Source: Carpediemonas membranifera BICM (lineage: Eukaryota > Protista > Fornicata). Taken from it: 64,000 nucleotides of DNA. The position numbers and the translations under genes were made by a program. The DNA lies in contig JAHDYR010000021.1 in the NCBI GenBank assembly GCA_019828565.1, positions 124,001 through 188,000 of the forward strand, given 5' to 3'. Under the pieces are notes generated by a model. That model was not told where the DNA came from. It was given only the letters and a program-made list of their open reading frames with translations, and ran no database searches. Below are positions 8,415 to 20,017 of this stretch, one piece after another; position 1 is the first letter of the stretch; every line of letters begins with the position of its first letter.

Positions 8415-10289
8415 TTAGGCGACAATACGGGTGCCGGTCTTGCCCTCGAGGGCGTCAACAGCCTTCTCGAGAGAGGTGATGATAGCATCACGGCCAGTCT
8501 CCTTGACGAAGCGGAGGGCAGCGGTGACCTTGGGCTTCATGGAGCCCTCGGCAAAGATGCCGTTGGCGATGGCGTCCTCGGCCTCCTTGACGGTGAGGCG
8601 GTTGAGGGCACGCTGGGTGGGCTTCTTGTAGTCGACGTAGGCGCACTCAACGTCGGTGAGGATCATGAGGTGGTCGGCCTCGACGAGGGCGGCGATGCGC
8701 TCAGAGCAGAGGTCCTTGTCGATGACAGCAGCAAGGCCCTTGACGGTGCCGTCGGGGAGCTTCTTGACGGGGACACCACCACCGACGCCAGAGATGACGA
8801 TGTGGCCGGCATCGAGGAGAGCGACGACAGCGTCCTGCTCGGCAATGCCGATGGGGTTGGGAGATGGAACGACGACGCGCCAGCCGCGGCCGGCGTCCTC
8901 CTTCATGGTCTCGCCCTCGGCCATCATCTTCTTGGCCTGCTCCTCAGTGAAGAACTGGCCGATGGGCTTGGTGGGGTTGGCGAAAGCGGGGTCGGCGGGG
9001 TCGACGAGGGTCTGGGTGAGGACGGTGCAGACAGTCTTGGGGTTGCCGCGGCGCATGAGCTCGTTCTGGAGGGACTGCTGGATCATGTAGCCGATGAAGC
9101 CCTGGGACATGCCGCCGCAAACGTGCAGAGGCTGCTCGGGGACCTTCTCGGCGGCCAGGGCGTTCTGCTTCTGGATAGCGCCGACCTGAGGGCCGTTGCC
9201 AGAGGCGAGGCAGAGCTCGTAGCCGCGGTCGAGGAGGTCAGCGAGGGAGCGAGCGGCAGTCTGGGTGTTCTTGAACTGGTCCTCGGCGGTGCCCTTCTCG
9301 CCGGGCTGGAGGAGGGCGTTGCCACCGACAGCGACGACGAGGCGAGTCTTGCGGGTCTCGCGGCCGATGAGGAGGAAGTGGAGGAGCGCCATCTGGGCCC
9401 AGAGGCGGTTCTCGGCCTCATCGAAGACAACGGAGTGGGGGCCGTCGATGACCTCAGCGGTCTGCTCCTGCTCGCGGTTGGCGGGGAGGCAGTTCATGAA
9501 GGTGACAGTGGGCTTGGCGAGGGCCATGAGCTCCTTGGTGACGCGGTAGGGGGTGAGGTGCTTGAGGCGGAAGTCCTGGACGTCCTTGGCGATGCCGTAA
9601 GACATCCAAGAGTCGGTGTAGACGACGTCGGCGTCCTTCATGGCGGCCTCGGGGTCGTGAGAGACACCGACCTTGGCGCCAGTCTTCTTGGCGATCTCCT
9701 GGATCTCGTCAAGGGCCTCCTGCTCGACAGTGAAGTCCTCGTGCTCGGGGCCGCAGGCGATGCAGTCGAAGCCGCAGACGGCAGCAAGGCGCATGAGATC
9801 GTAAGTGACGTTGTTCTTGCAGTCACCGTAGTAGACGAACTTGATGCCCTCGAAGGTGCCCTTCTTCTCGACGATGGTGAGAATATCGGCGAGCATCTGG
9901 CAGGGGTGGGCCCAGTTGTCGAGGGCGTTGATCACGGGCACAGAGGAGTGCTTGGCGAGGTCCTGGCAGTCGGAGCGCTTGTTAAGGCGGGCCATGATGA
10001 CGTCGGTCATACGGCTGGCAACGATGGAGGTGTCGGCCATAGACTCCTTGACACCGAGGGGGGAGGTGGCGACATCGTAGTAGATGGCGTGGCCGCCAAG
10101 CTTAGTCATACCGGTCTCGAAGGACACACGGGTGCGGAGGGAAGGCTTCTGGAAGATCATGAGAAGAGTCTTGTCCTTAAGGCAGGTGTTGTACTTCTCG
10201 GGGTGAGCCTTCATGTCCTTGGCAACATCAAGGATGTAGAGGATCTCCTCCTTGGAGAAGTCAGCAATAGTGAGAAGGTGGCGGGGCAT
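8415..10289 (-). CDS. Ornithine carbamoyltransferase-carbamate kinase fusion (arginine deiminase pathway)
   Basis: N-half has SLRTR, HPCQ, DSWMSYG, NCLP and FDEAENRL. C-half has VAVGGNAL, GNGPQVG, PTKPIG, VIDKD and GSMKPKV. Single 624-aa frame with strong codon bias. Confidence 0.93.
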   Translation of the reverse strand: MPRHLLTIADFSKEEILYILDVAKDMKAHPEKYNTCLKDKTLLMIFQKPSLRTRVSFETGMTKLGGHAIYYDVATSPLGVKESMADTSIVASRMTDVIMARLNKRSDCQDLAKHSSVPVINALDNWAHPCQMLADILTIVEKKGTFEGIKFVYYGDCKNNVTYDLMRLAAVCGFDCIACGPEHEDFTVEQEALDEIQEIAKKTGAKVGVSHDPEAAMKDADVVYTDSWMSYGIAKDVQDFRLKHLTPYRVTKELMALAKPTVTFMNCLPANREQEQTAEVIDGPHSVVFDEAENRLWAQMALLHFLLIGRETRKTRLVVAVGGNALLQPGEKGTAEDQFKNTQTAARSLADLLDRGYELCLASGNGPQVGAIQKQNALAAEKVPEQPLHVCGGMSQGFIGYMIQQSLQNELMRRGNPKTVCTVLTQTLVDPADPAFANPTKPIGQFFTEEQAKKMMAEGETMKEDAGRGWRVVVPSPNPIGIAEQDAVVALLDAGHIVISGVGGGVPVKKLPDGTVKGLAAVIDKDLCSERIAALVEADHLMILTDVECAYVDYKKPTQRALNRLTVKEAEDAIANGIFAEGSMKPKVTAALRFVKETGRDAIITSLEKAVDALEGKTGTRIVA

Positions 10290-10568
10290 TCAGACAACAA
10301 GTTCGTCGACAAAAGTCAAACAAATTCCAAGTCTCCCGAAGACCCCTCGACAGGTAAAAATGGCTGATCGTAGAAAGCGGGGAAGGACGCCCATATTGTG
10401 CCCGACAGTGAAAGAAATGCATTGGTGCGACCAACCATTTCCCAACCAGACCTGCAAGATGTGCACGAGATCCTTGTCGGGCGGCTTCAATCGAACGACA
10501 GCAGTGTAGTCAGCTACTGACCCAATGCCAATCCTATCACCGTATTGCTCCTCATTCGCCAATGAATC

Positions 10569-11801
10569 CTACCCACGCACTTTATGAACCATGACACTCC
10601 CCGTCGCCATGGCTAAGAACACAGTGCCACTGTCCTCGTCGAACAGCACCTGCATGACCTGCTCCGCACCAACCACACTCATCAGGCTGTCCAGGTCTGG
10701 AGCGTTGGAGTCGAGCTCGTCCAGTCCAGTGCTAACATAGCATGACTCACCGCCAAAGCCCCCAGAACGCCCGGAAATACCACTAGCTGCGGTAATCGTG
10801 GCGTCCGGACCCAGCCCGGCGAGGCTGTACAGTCCTGCAGCAGCAGTGACGCCCCTGGAGCTGGGCAGGGTCCTGACCACACGACCAGAGCGGGGGACGA
10901 CGACCCGGCAGTCCCGGCCGGTGCCGACGACTCCACGACTCAGCCCGAGCGGGGCGAACCTGAAAGACCCCTGGGGCAGCTTGATGGCGCCGTGGGGGCT
11001 CTGGCTGCTGTACGTGTGAAGACGGCCGTGTCGGCGTCTGAATAGGAGGACGCCGTCCAGGTACTCGAGCAGCTCGATCTGGGTGTCATCGCCCCACAGC
11101 TTGAGCTCTAGGAACTGCTCCTCCGTCCCTTCTCGGGTCAGAATCCGGATCGGCTGGAGCTTTCCGCCGAGGATGCGGGTGGGGGTGTAGATGACCAGTA
11201 TGTGCATTCCGGACAGCCGGACGTCTCGAATAGTCCTTGTGCTCGACTGTGGAATGGAGTCACAGGAGTCGACCTGGTCGCTGGGTGGTTGAGTGAATTT
11301 GAACAGCGGGTGGTAGGTCTCCATGTCAAAGACGACGTATCGCTTGAAGCTGGCGTCGTGGATGAGAATGGCGCTGGATTCCACGCTCCACTCGAAGTAT
11401 GATGGGAAGCGCAGGTTGAGTCGTCTGAAGAGCGGCCTCGGGTTGGCCTCGCCGCGGACAATATCGTCCACAGCAAACGCAGTGATGAATATGCGGTCTG
11501 GACCGTGGCCTGTGTCCGTGTAGATGACGACGACCTCGTTCGAGTATGGGTTGATGAAGGCCTCGAGGACACTCGCATTCATTTTTGGACAAAGGAAGGT
11601 GAGGAAGCGGTATGTCGTGCGGTTGTACGCAGCGCAGACACCATTGGCCTCGGTGATGACGATGATGCCAGATATGAAGTGGACGCTGTGAACCATGGAG
11701 CGGATTCGAAAGTCATCCTCCGTATATGGGAATTCCACAGAGCTAGGTGGTTCAAAAGGATCCATATAACCCTGTGTAAAGCGTATGGCCTGGACAAACA
11801 A
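10569..11801 (-). CDS. Uncharacterised beta-propeller-like protein
   Basis: 410-codon ORF rich in beta-strand patterns; start uncertain (ATG at 11765 or an upstream exon). Confidence 0.55.
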   Translation of the reverse strand: MFVQAIRFTQGYMDPFEPPSSVEFPYTEDDFRIRSMVHSVHFISGIIVITEANGVCAAYNRTTYRFLTFLCPKMNASVLEAFINPYSNEVVVIYTDTGHGPDRIFITAFAVDDIVRGEANPRPLFRRLNLRFPSYFEWSVESSAILIHDASFKRYVVFDMETYHPLFKFTQPPSDQVDSCDSIPQSSTRTIRDVRLSGMHILVIYTPTRILGGKLQPIRILTREGTEEQFLELKLWGDDTQIELLEYLDGVLLFRRRHGRLHTYSSQSPHGAIKLPQGSFRFAPLGLSRGVVGTGRDCRVVVPRSGRVVRTLPSSRGVTAAAGLYSLAGLGPDATITAASGISGRSGGFGGESCYVSTGLDELDSNAPDLDSLMSVVGAEQVMQVLFDEDSGTVFLAMATGSVMVHKVRG

Positions 11802-12253
11802 CGCGTTGGTATCTATTCTGGTTTCTTCTCACCATGTTCTTGACAGCAGTCTTTTGAATGGCGGAAATGTGTGAATTGCCTATTGATAGAGACATCTGCT
11901 GAAATCCATGCACGATGTTGCAGGAAGGAGCATTCATCAGCAATAATCTCGTCGCAGTCGTCTCCGGCGCATTTATATGAAGGAATGTAACAGCACTAAC
12001 ACGACAACGATATCTCTCAGAGACGTACACCCACGAGAACTGCACGCCAGCACTCTTTTGGGACTGTTGAGTGAGTAATACGCCCAGGCAGACCTCATCC
12101 ATGAACAGCCGTCGCCATTACACCAACAATCAATCAATCAAAACTAGGACCCAGCTACTATTTTCTGTCCACATGCGCCCTTCAGTTTTCACAGCAACCA
12201 ACGCTGGAGGGGGGCACCGAAGTGAATTGTTTTAACTAATGCACACCCGGGAT

Positions 12254-13095
12254 TCACTCCCGGTGGTAGAACTTCGGCACCGGCCTCGCCTTGTGCACTA
12301 GGGTCTCTCTCAGCTTGCTCAGCTCCTCCTTCTCCGCTACGGCCTTCAGCGCCTCCTCTTCGGCTCTCCGGGCAGCCTCTTCCTGCTCCTTCCTCTCCTG
12401 CTCGGCCTTCTTCTGTTCCCACGCGAGTCTACGCGCCTCTGTGGGGAAGTTAGGGGTCATTGGAATAGTGGCGTCTTTTCTTGGGATCGTTGGGACACCG
12501 TGCTTCCCAGGGTGTTCGTAAATTTCGCGAGGCATGTCTCTCGCCTTAAACTTGTACTCTGGCTCCGGCTCGGGCTCATAGATGGTCCGCTCGAGGCCCC
12601 CTGCGAAGCACTTCGGTGTCTCTGGGACGGTGATGGGCTTGGGCTCCACGACGGCCATCAGAGAACCGAGGTAGACCTCCTTGGGGACCGGACGGGCTTT
12701 GAACGGAGCTACTTCTTCTTCAACATACGCTGGACGAGAATCCGCGCGGTTTTTGGATGCAAATTGGGGCGTTTCTGGTATAGTGATTGGTTTTGCCTCG
12801 ACTTCGGGTAGTTTTGCGCCGGAATAGACCGATTTCGGCACCGAGCGAGCTTTAAACTGTGTTGTGTTCTCAGGACCAGATGACTGGGCCATTTCTTTGA
12901 TTTCGCTGTCTTCCTTCTTGTCCAAAAATCACTCAAAAATTCCGACAACCAATCATTTCCCAGCGACTCCTGTGCGTCGATGTGATCCATGATGTGCCTA
13001 CTGAACGGGTCTGAGCAGTCGGACTTGCTGTTTGGGCGGGGTATCGTGGATTGAAGGAGCTTCCCCTTCCCCTTCCCCGCCCGTCGTCTCGGCAT
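12254..13095 (-). CDS. TPX2-like microtubule-associated protein (frame break near 12930)
   Basis: Repeated FKARxVP / PITxPETP motifs and C-terminal LRETLVHKARPVP. Confidence 0.65.
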
Positions 13096-13172
13096 GCACC
13101 CAATTGGGTCAGTACTGAGGGCATAATATTGATAACGCAGACCCACAAGAAAAGCAAGCAAGCGCAAATTGT

Positions 13173-14513
13173 TTACATGTCAGCGTACTCCTCCTCCTCC
13201 TCGTCGAACTCACCCTCCTCCTCGGCGGTGGCCTCCTGGTACTGCTGGTACTCGGAAACGAGATCGTTCATGTTGGACTCGGCCTCAGTGAATTCCATCT
13301 CGTCCATGCCCTCACCAGTGTACCAGTGAAGGAAGGCCTTGCGACGGAACATAGCAGTGAACTGCTCAGAGACGCGCTTGAAGAGCTCCTGGATGGCGGT
13401 GGAGTTGCCGATGAAGGTGGCAGACATCTTGAGGCCCTTGGGAGGGATGTCACAGACGGAAGCCTTCACGTTGTTGGGGATCCACTCAACGAAGTAGGAA
13501 GAGTTCTTGTTCTGGATGTTGAGCATCATCTCATCAACCTCCTTGGTGGACATGCGGCCACGGAAGAGAGCAGAGGCGGTGAGGTAGCGGCCGTGACGGG
13601 GGTCGGAGGCAGCCATCATGTTCTTGGCATCGAACATCTGGGAGACAAGCTCGGGGACAGAGAGGGCGCGGTACTGCTGGGAGCCGCGGGAGGTCAGGGG
13701 AGCGAAGCCAACGAGGAAGAAGTGGAGACGGGGGAAGGGGACCAGGTTGACAGCGAGCTTACGGAGGTCAGAGTTGAGCTGGCCAGGGAAGCGGAGGCAG
13801 CAGGTGACGCCGGACATGACGAGGGAGACGAGGTGGTTGAGGTCACCGTAGGTGGGGGTGGTGAGCTTGAGGGTACGGAAGCAGATGTCGTACAGGGCCT
13901 CGTTATCGATACAGAAGACCTCATCGGAGTTCTCAACGAGCTGGTGAACGGAGAGAGTAGCGTTGTAGGGCTCGACAACAGTGTCGGAAACCTTGGGGGA
14001 AGGCACGACAGAGAAGGTGGTGAGCATACGGTCGGGGTACTCCTCACGGATCTTAGCGATCAGAAGAGTGCCGAGGCCGGCACCGGTGCCACCGCCAAGG
14101 GAGTGGGTCATCTGGAAGCCCTGAAGGGCGTCGCAGCCCTCAGCCTCCTTGCGGACAACATCGAGGACGGCGTCGACAAGCTCAGCACCCTCGGTGTAGT
14201 GGCCCTTGGCCCAGTTGTTGCCAGCACCGCTCTGGCCGAAAACGAAGTTGTCGGGGCGGAAGAGCTGACCGAAGGGACCAGCGCGGACAGAGTCCATGGT
14301 GCCGGGCTCGAGGTCAACGAGAACAGCGCGGGGGACGTAGCGGCCGCCGGTAGCCTCGTTGTAGTACACGTTGATGCGCTCGATCTGGAGCTCGGAGTCA
14401 CCGTTGTACTTGCCAGCGGGGTCGATGCCGTGCTCGTCGGAGACAACCTCCCAGAACTTGGCACCAATCTGGTTACCGCACTGACCAGCCTGAATGTGGA
14501 CGATCTCTCTCAT
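13173..14513 (-). CDS. TUBB: Beta-tubulin
   Basis: [24 protein letters not shown] and an acidic tail. Confidence 0.99.
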   Translation of the reverse strand: MREIVHIQAGQCGNQIGAKFWEVVSDEHGIDPAGKYNGDSELQIERINVYYNEATGGRYVPRAVLVDLEPGTMDSVRAGPFGQLFRPDNFVFGQSGAGNNWAKGHYTEGAELVDAVLDVVRKEAEGCDALQGFQMTHSLGGGTGAGLGTLLIAKIREEYPDRMLTTFSVVPSPKVSDTVVEPYNATLSVHQLVENSDEVFCIDNEALYDICFRTLKLTTPTYGDLNHLVSLVMSGVTCCLRFPGQLNSDLRKLAVNLVPFPRLHFFLVGFAPLTSRGSQQYRALSVPELVSQMFDAKNMMAASDPRHGRYLTASALFRGRMSTKEVDEMMLNIQNKNSSYFVEWIPNNVKASVCDIPPKGLKMSATFIGNSTAIQELFKRVSEQFTAMFRRKAFLHWYTGEGMDEMEFTEAESNMNDLVSEYQQYQEATAEEEGEFDEEEEEYADM

Positions 14514-15115
14514 TTTCTGCGTAGGAAGTCTGAAATTTTCCCATTTCATTGGTCGTGACGACAAATGCAGCACGAATGCTGAGAAAACAGAGCATCAAGC
14601 GTTGATTATCACCGTGAAGCTCTTCTGTCGTTTTCGACCTCAAGTCATGGCTTGGTTGAAACAAACGAAGTATGTGTCGAAGTGACGACTCCGCCGCAGA
14701 ATTTTCACAGTCGCAAGAATTTCTGCTGGTCAAGATTTGCTAGATCGAAGGTGTTGGGCTCTGTTTAGAAGATATATGCAGTGATAGTCCGCGCCATCGA
14801 AGAATACAGCGTTCGTTTTCATTGTCCCGTCTGAGACGATGGGCCGACAGGGTCACCCCACGCACGTGAGAGGGTTATGAGTCGCTAGGCCGCTCGAGAA
14901 ACAGCATGTGGTCAACAAGAACATGATATTTGCGCGCAAGAACGGGTGTCTTTGCACCGTCCTTCCAAACGCCATCGACACTCTCTTCCGAGGAGTTCAT
15001 ATTGCCAAGGCGGGCTCTCTGCTCGGGTGATGTGTCTCCTGCCGTAGGCGCAGCCGCGGCAGACCGCACGAGGCTTGACCCAAAAGTGCCACAGGGAGGG
15101 CTGACTCCGGCTGAG

Positions 15116-15817
15116 TCAGATGACCATGGACAACCAAAGGTATTTACAGAGCTCACCACATCTCCTCATCCTCTTTAACTCAGTCACCTGTCTAGGTTCT
15201 GAGAGCCAATCGATCCCTTCGATGACAATGCGGTGCACACCATTCCCCTGTCGTTCGAATCTACCTGCAGGACGTGGCTGGGCGCTGGTTCGATCAGGCC
15301 GGGGAGGAATAAACAACTTTACACAGCTCTCGCGAGAGATACACTGACCAGTGGCCGAGTCCCACAGCTTGACTGTGCCATCGTATGATGTAGTGGCGAT
15401 GGAGCCGTCGGGGGTGGCGGCGGCACCGTGCACAACGGATTCGTGCCCAGTCAGTGTCCTAACGCACTCACCAGCCTCCATAGGTTTCATAGACCGCGTG
15501 TTCCATGCTTCGAGTGCGAACTCAACCCATACATCGTCATGGTCGGCCTCGAGTCTGCCACGCACCATCATGACGGTAACAGCAGGTTCAGTGAGCTCCA
15601 TAGTAAGTGTCTCGGGTTCTATACTCTCGCTGAGTAGGTACTGGATGACCTGCTCGATGTCCTGCACAGTGATCGGCGTCTCGCCTCGCTTGAGGATCTG
15701 GATGCCCTCGGGGCCGGGGTGCTTGGAGCTTGCGGTGTGGATATGAGTATCTACTGCTCTGCAGTTGTCGCTGCGTGAGAATGCGGCCTCAATACGTACC
15801 ATTGACTGTGTAAGCAC
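15116..15817 (-). pseudogene. Degenerate WD40-containing fragment
   Basis: Only about one WD repeat (LTGHESVV...SYDGTVKLWD) in an ORF with no clear start. Confidence 0.35.
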
Positions 15818-16264
15818 GGATTTGGTGGATCAAACGTGTCAGGCGTGCTGTGTAAGAGAATCGCGATGCAGCTGGGCTACTGCTGTTGCTACACACCATC
15901 TGTGTGAGAATAGGCATGGCATAGCGTACTTTGGACAACTTCGAGACATTTTGCCAATTCTGTCTCTTCTCTACAGGAGGTTGTCTTGTCAACAGGCGTG
16001 TCACATCATTGCTGGGCTGAACCTGCGAAATCCCTCCATGACCCCGATGGTGGGGACATGGTGCTCGCAGTCGCTCGGAGCTGAGCAGCGCAAGGGCTGC
16101 GGGACTCCAATGGCGAGGCCAGCAGCCATGCTCAGTGGAACTCTTCGATCGATCCATTGCCACTGCACGGATCGGCTTGGCTCTTGCTGGTAGCCCCACC
16201 CCAACTGAGCTGAGAACCAGCACCACGCCCAGATCCACATAAACTGCAGCCCGCCGTTTATTTA

Positions 16265-17542
16265 TCACGCATCAGCCCCGTCCACATGAACATGGACCCC
16301 GTCAACCTCCCGCCCCTCGCTCGAGATGTCCAGGTGCATCATCTTGCTGACCCCCTCTGCCACGAGCACCTTGGTCACGTCCACCCCCATCTCGTGGAGC
16401 GTGGCGTAGTAGTTTGACTTCACCCGGCTAAGCTGCGTCTCTTGGTCGACTTGCGAGGAGATCTGGGCCTTTCTTATGATCTCGTCAAGCTCATGATTCT
16501 TCATCTTTCTCGCGTTCGCGGCATCCGCTTCCCGCGCCTCCATGGCCATCTTGTGCGCGTGCTTGGCCTCATCCAGCATGTGCTCCTTCTCGACCCGGTC
16601 TGAGTTCATCTGTAGCGTCAGATTCTGCAGCTCCTGCTCCTGCTTGGCGGACTCGAGGGCGATGTGCATCATGGTACGCTTCTCGATGGCGTCGTCGTGC
16701 ATGGCCTGGAGCGAGTCCGACACGTGGTATCCGCGGAAGACGACCTTCTTCAGCTGGTACCCCATACGGTCTGCACGCTGTTTGAGCTGATTGTACGTGT
16801 CGAGGGAGCTCAGGGCGTCTGTCTTCTGCAAGAACTCCTCGTACGTGAGCTTGGCCGCGAAGGACACAACGTCGGCGCAAACGTCCGCGATGATGTCGCC
16901 GATGACGTCGGTAGTAGAATCGAGCATCTTCTCGACGTCAACGAGCTGGTAGAAGATCATCACCTTGACTGTGATCATGGCGTCATCCTTGGTACGGACG
17001 TCACGAACGTTGTAGAAGGTCGAGCTCTCAGGACCGAACCGAAGGCGGCGGAACTGCAGTGCGTTTGGAATCTTGCGAGTCTTGTCCTTGGGATCATCTC
17101 CGTGCCACCTGAAGGAGTGGAGGAACTCGTTGGGCAATGGGATGAATAGGGCAGGGCCCCTGACGATTCGCCGGTCCACGGTCGAGGTGTCAGAGTTCTT
17201 ACGGTAGACCACGAGCACATGGGATGCATCAATAGTCCATGCTTCCTCGAGGTTGATTGTTCTGTGTCTGTGGGGCTCGAGGAACATCGCGGTGGGGCCG
17301 GGGACGTGCTCAATGTGGCCATCGTGGAAGGTAACCTTCAGATACTCGCTGTCTGAGGCGTAGAACCTGGACAGACGCTGGTAGGACTTGCCGTAGAAGA
17401 CCAGCTTGGAGCGGGGACCCTCGATGACTCGGCAGTTGCCGTCAGAAGACCATAACGCAAGCGCCTCGTTTTCACGAATAGTCAGCTTCTTGAATGGCTT
17501 CTTACAGTGCTTCTGCGGTGGTTCGTTGTAGAATTCCATCAT
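16265..17542 (-). CDS. SPFH/band-7 domain protein with vault-like N-terminal repeats
   Basis: Repeated I/VxGP motifs, DVRTKDDAMITVKVMIFYQL, and a coiled-coil C-terminus. Confidence 0.65.
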   Translation of the reverse strand: MMEFYNEPPQKHCKKPFKKLTIRENEALALWSSDGNCRVIEGPRSKLVFYGKSYQRLSRFYASDSEYLKVTFHDGHIEHVPGPTAMFLEPHRHRTINLEEAWTIDASHVLVVYRKNSDTSTVDRRIVRGPALFIPLPNEFLHSFRWHGDDPKDKTRKIPNALQFRRLRFGPESSTFYNVRDVRTKDDAMITVKVMIFYQLVDVEKMLDSTTDVIGDIIADVCADVVSFAAKLTYEEFLQKTDALSSLDTYNQLKQRADRMGYQLKKVVFRGYHVSDSLQAMHDDAIEKRTMMHIALESAKQEQELQNLTLQMNSDRVEKEHMLDEAKHAHKMAMEAREADAANARKMKNHELDEIIRKAQISSQVDQETQLSRVKSNYYATLHEMGVDVTKVLVAEGVSKMMHLDISSEGREVDGVHVHVDGADA

Positions 17543-17638
17543 TGGTGTATTGGTGAGTCCGGAAGTCGAACACTCGAAGCTCAAGTCAAGGGCACAAATC
17601 AACCGCCTCCTGCATCCTGCATCGATAATCCGCGGGGT

Positions 17639-19225
17639 TTACTCCTTTCTTCCACCCTTCTTGCCGCCCCCCTTGCCCTTGCCCCTGTAGTGCTTGTCCA
17701 TGGCCTTCCTCCGCTTGTCGATGTCGCCGCGGTCGAGCGGTACCTTCTGAAGCCGCTTCACCTCATCCCGCCTGGCCCCCTTGACCTGGTACATCCACTC
17801 TGGGACGTGGCAGCCTGACGACTTCATAACATTCCGAACAATCTGAAGATACGGACGATCTTCGTCAGTGATGAGAGTGATTGCACTCGCCTCCTGCTCC
17901 GAGTCTGCCGATCGCCCAGTACGCCCGATCCTGTGGATATAAGCCGCGGGCGACTGTGGGAAGTCATAGTTAATGACAGATTTGATTCCATCAAAATCTA
18001 TCCCGCGTGCCATGACATCCGTAGTAATAAGCGCCCAGATCTTGCCCGTCTGCATCTCCCGCATCGCTCTATCCCTCATCCTCTGCGGCAAGTCTCCGTG
18101 GAACGCCGCGGCCTTGACCCCGGCCCCTGTGACCTGCACCTGGAGGTCAACGGCCCTATCCTTGGACTGCGTGAAGATGAGGGCGGGGAGCTTGACCCGA
18201 CGCAGGACTGTGCGGAGTGCCGCGAGCTTCTGGGTCTCGAGGCCGGCGTAGACCAGCTCCTGCTTGATTCTGCGGTTGGCCTCTGAGTTTGTACCGATCT
18301 TGATGACGACGGACGCCCTGCTGATTCTGTCGAGGACGTCCTTGACGGCGTTCGTCACGGCCAGCGTGGCGCTAAACAACACTAGCGAGAGGTCATCGCG
18401 GAGATCCTTCTCGGGGTCCTTGTCCCTGCCATGTGCTGCTGCCAGGAGCCTCTCCGTGACCTCGAAGAACTGCTGGTCGAGGAGGCGGTCAGCCTCGTCG
18501 AGGATGAAGTACCGAAGAGAAGTCAGCGTAACGTTGTTGCCCTCGTCGCCCATGAGGTGGACAAGGTGGTTCGGGGTCACAATCAGGATGTCACACCCTT
18601 CCTTCTGGAGGCGGCGCTCGTCCTTCTTCTCGGCAAGGGTGATCATGCGGAGGTCGACGCCGCCGTCGATGAATGTCTGGATGACCTTGGCGGTCTGGTT
18701 GGCTAGCTCGCGCGTGGGGCTCACTACGAGGGCCCGGGGGGTGCCGGGGACGCAGTGGCTGGGGCCGAGGCCGATCAGCATGGGGATGACGAACGCACCC
18801 GTCTTGCCTGAGCCAGTTTCAGCAGAGGCAATGACATCTACTGGGTTCGGAGGCATCAGGCAGGGGATGGCGGCGATTTGGATGGCGCTGGGGGTCTCCC
18901 ATTCGAGCGTTTCAGCGAGCGTGTGCTGGATGGAGGCAACCGCGAGGGCTGTGGTCTCGGTGGCGGGGATGTCCGCGAATGAGTGGAGGAAGTTCCGGTT
19001 TGCAGGGTAGCCAGTTGTTGAAATGCGGTGCTGCTTGAGAAACGCCTTGCGGGTCGAGAGTTTGGTGGTTTCCGGAGGCGCCAGAGGCTCATCGGCCTCC
19101 TTGATCTTCTTCACCTCCTTAACAGGCTCCTGAAGCTTAATACCTTGCGTCAGTTTCGCGAATAGGTCCATCTCCGTTGCCGTCTTCGTCTCGAACTTTT
19201 TTCCTGCAGCGAGTGAAAGCATCAT
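17639..19225 (-). CDS. DEAD-box RNA helicase (ROK1/DDX52-like)
   Basis: AETGSGKT, PTRELA, DEAD, SAT, ARGID and HRIGRTGR motifs. Confidence 0.92.
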   Translation of the reverse strand: MMLSLAAGKKFETKTATEMDLFAKLTQGIKLQEPVKEVKKIKEADEPLAPPETTKLSTRKAFLKQHRISTTGYPANRNFLHSFADIPATETTALAVASIQHTLAETLEWETPSAIQIAAIPCLMPPNPVDVIASAETGSGKTGAFVIPMLIGLGPSHCVPGTPRALVVSPTRELANQTAKVIQTFIDGGVDLRMITLAEKKDERRLQKEGCDILIVTPNHLVHLMGDEGNNVTLTSLRYFILDEADRLLDQQFFEVTERLLAAAHGRDKDPEKDLRDDLSLVLFSATLAVTNAVKDVLDRISRASVVIKIGTNSEANRRIKQELVYAGLETQKLAALRTVLRRVKLPALIFTQSKDRAVDLQVQVTGAGVKAAAFHGDLPQRMRDRAMREMQTGKIWALITTDVMARGIDFDGIKSVINYDFPQSPAAYIHRIGRTGRSADSEQEASAITLITDEDRPYLQIVRNVMKSSGCHVPEWMYQVKGARRDEVKRLQKVPLDRGDIDKRRKAMDKHYRGKGKGGGKKGGRKE

Positions 19226-19242
19226 TTACAGTGCTCTGGAGC

Positions 19243-19877
19243 CTAATTGTGGACGTCCTTCTCGATCTGGACCAAGTGGGATGTCGCCTCAAGCATGGTC
19301 ACGACCGTCTTCATGTCGCCCGACCACTTGTCGAGAATTGACTCTGAAGAAACCTCCGGGACGAAAACAACGGACCCTGCCGACCTGTCGATCTTGATAT
19401 ACATGTCCCCGAGATCACCATCAGCGATAAGCTTCTCCAACTCCTGCTGCGTGCACTGCACGAGCTCAATAAGACGCTCCATGGTGATGTCGGCGTAGTA
19501 CCTGGCCACGAGGTGGAGATTCCTCATAAGGAACATAGAGACTACTGCAGCGGGGACACGGTCGTCGAGGTCGGGGAACTTGGCAAGCTCCTCGCGGACG
19601 GAGGAAATGGACACGAGCTCGATTGATTCTGCCATAGTGTAGAGAGCACGGGCATATTCGGGCAAATGCTTGAACTGTGCGTGCCCCTTGATGGCGGCTA
19701 TGAAGTTTGAGCGTTCGCCTTCCTCGTTAACGGCAAGCGCCTTGACGGAGGCCTCGAGTAACGACTGCGTGAGCTGTAGAGGACGTTACATACCGCTTTC
19801 TGCATCTCAACGTCTTTTTCATGGTTCAGCTGCTCTAGTAGCGCTCTTGTGCGGTTTCTTAGTATCTTAGCGAACAT
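19243..19877 (-). CDS. PCI-domain protein (Rpn5/PSMD12 C-terminal-like); probable 20-nt intron 19774-19793
   Basis: NLHLVARYYADITMERL...IKIDRSAGSVVF...ILDKW...SHLVQIE. Confidence 0.6.
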
Positions 19878-20017
19878 GTGTAGCTTTCTTCACGTTTGAC
19901 ATCACATCAAATACTGAATCTGATTAGCCCTCTCCGAGGCCCCACCGGTGCCCTGCTACAACCCACCATCGCCCATCCTACCACCAGCAACGGGCCGACC
20001 ATTTACCATCAGGGACC

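Noticed and set aside
8670-10367. Long antisense ORFs over OTC-CK, tubulin (13326-14558), ACS (32750-34393), INO1 (44061-45752) and phospholipase B (57682-59208)
   Set aside because: Shadow frames produced by strong C/G-ending codon bias of the sense genes; no motifs.
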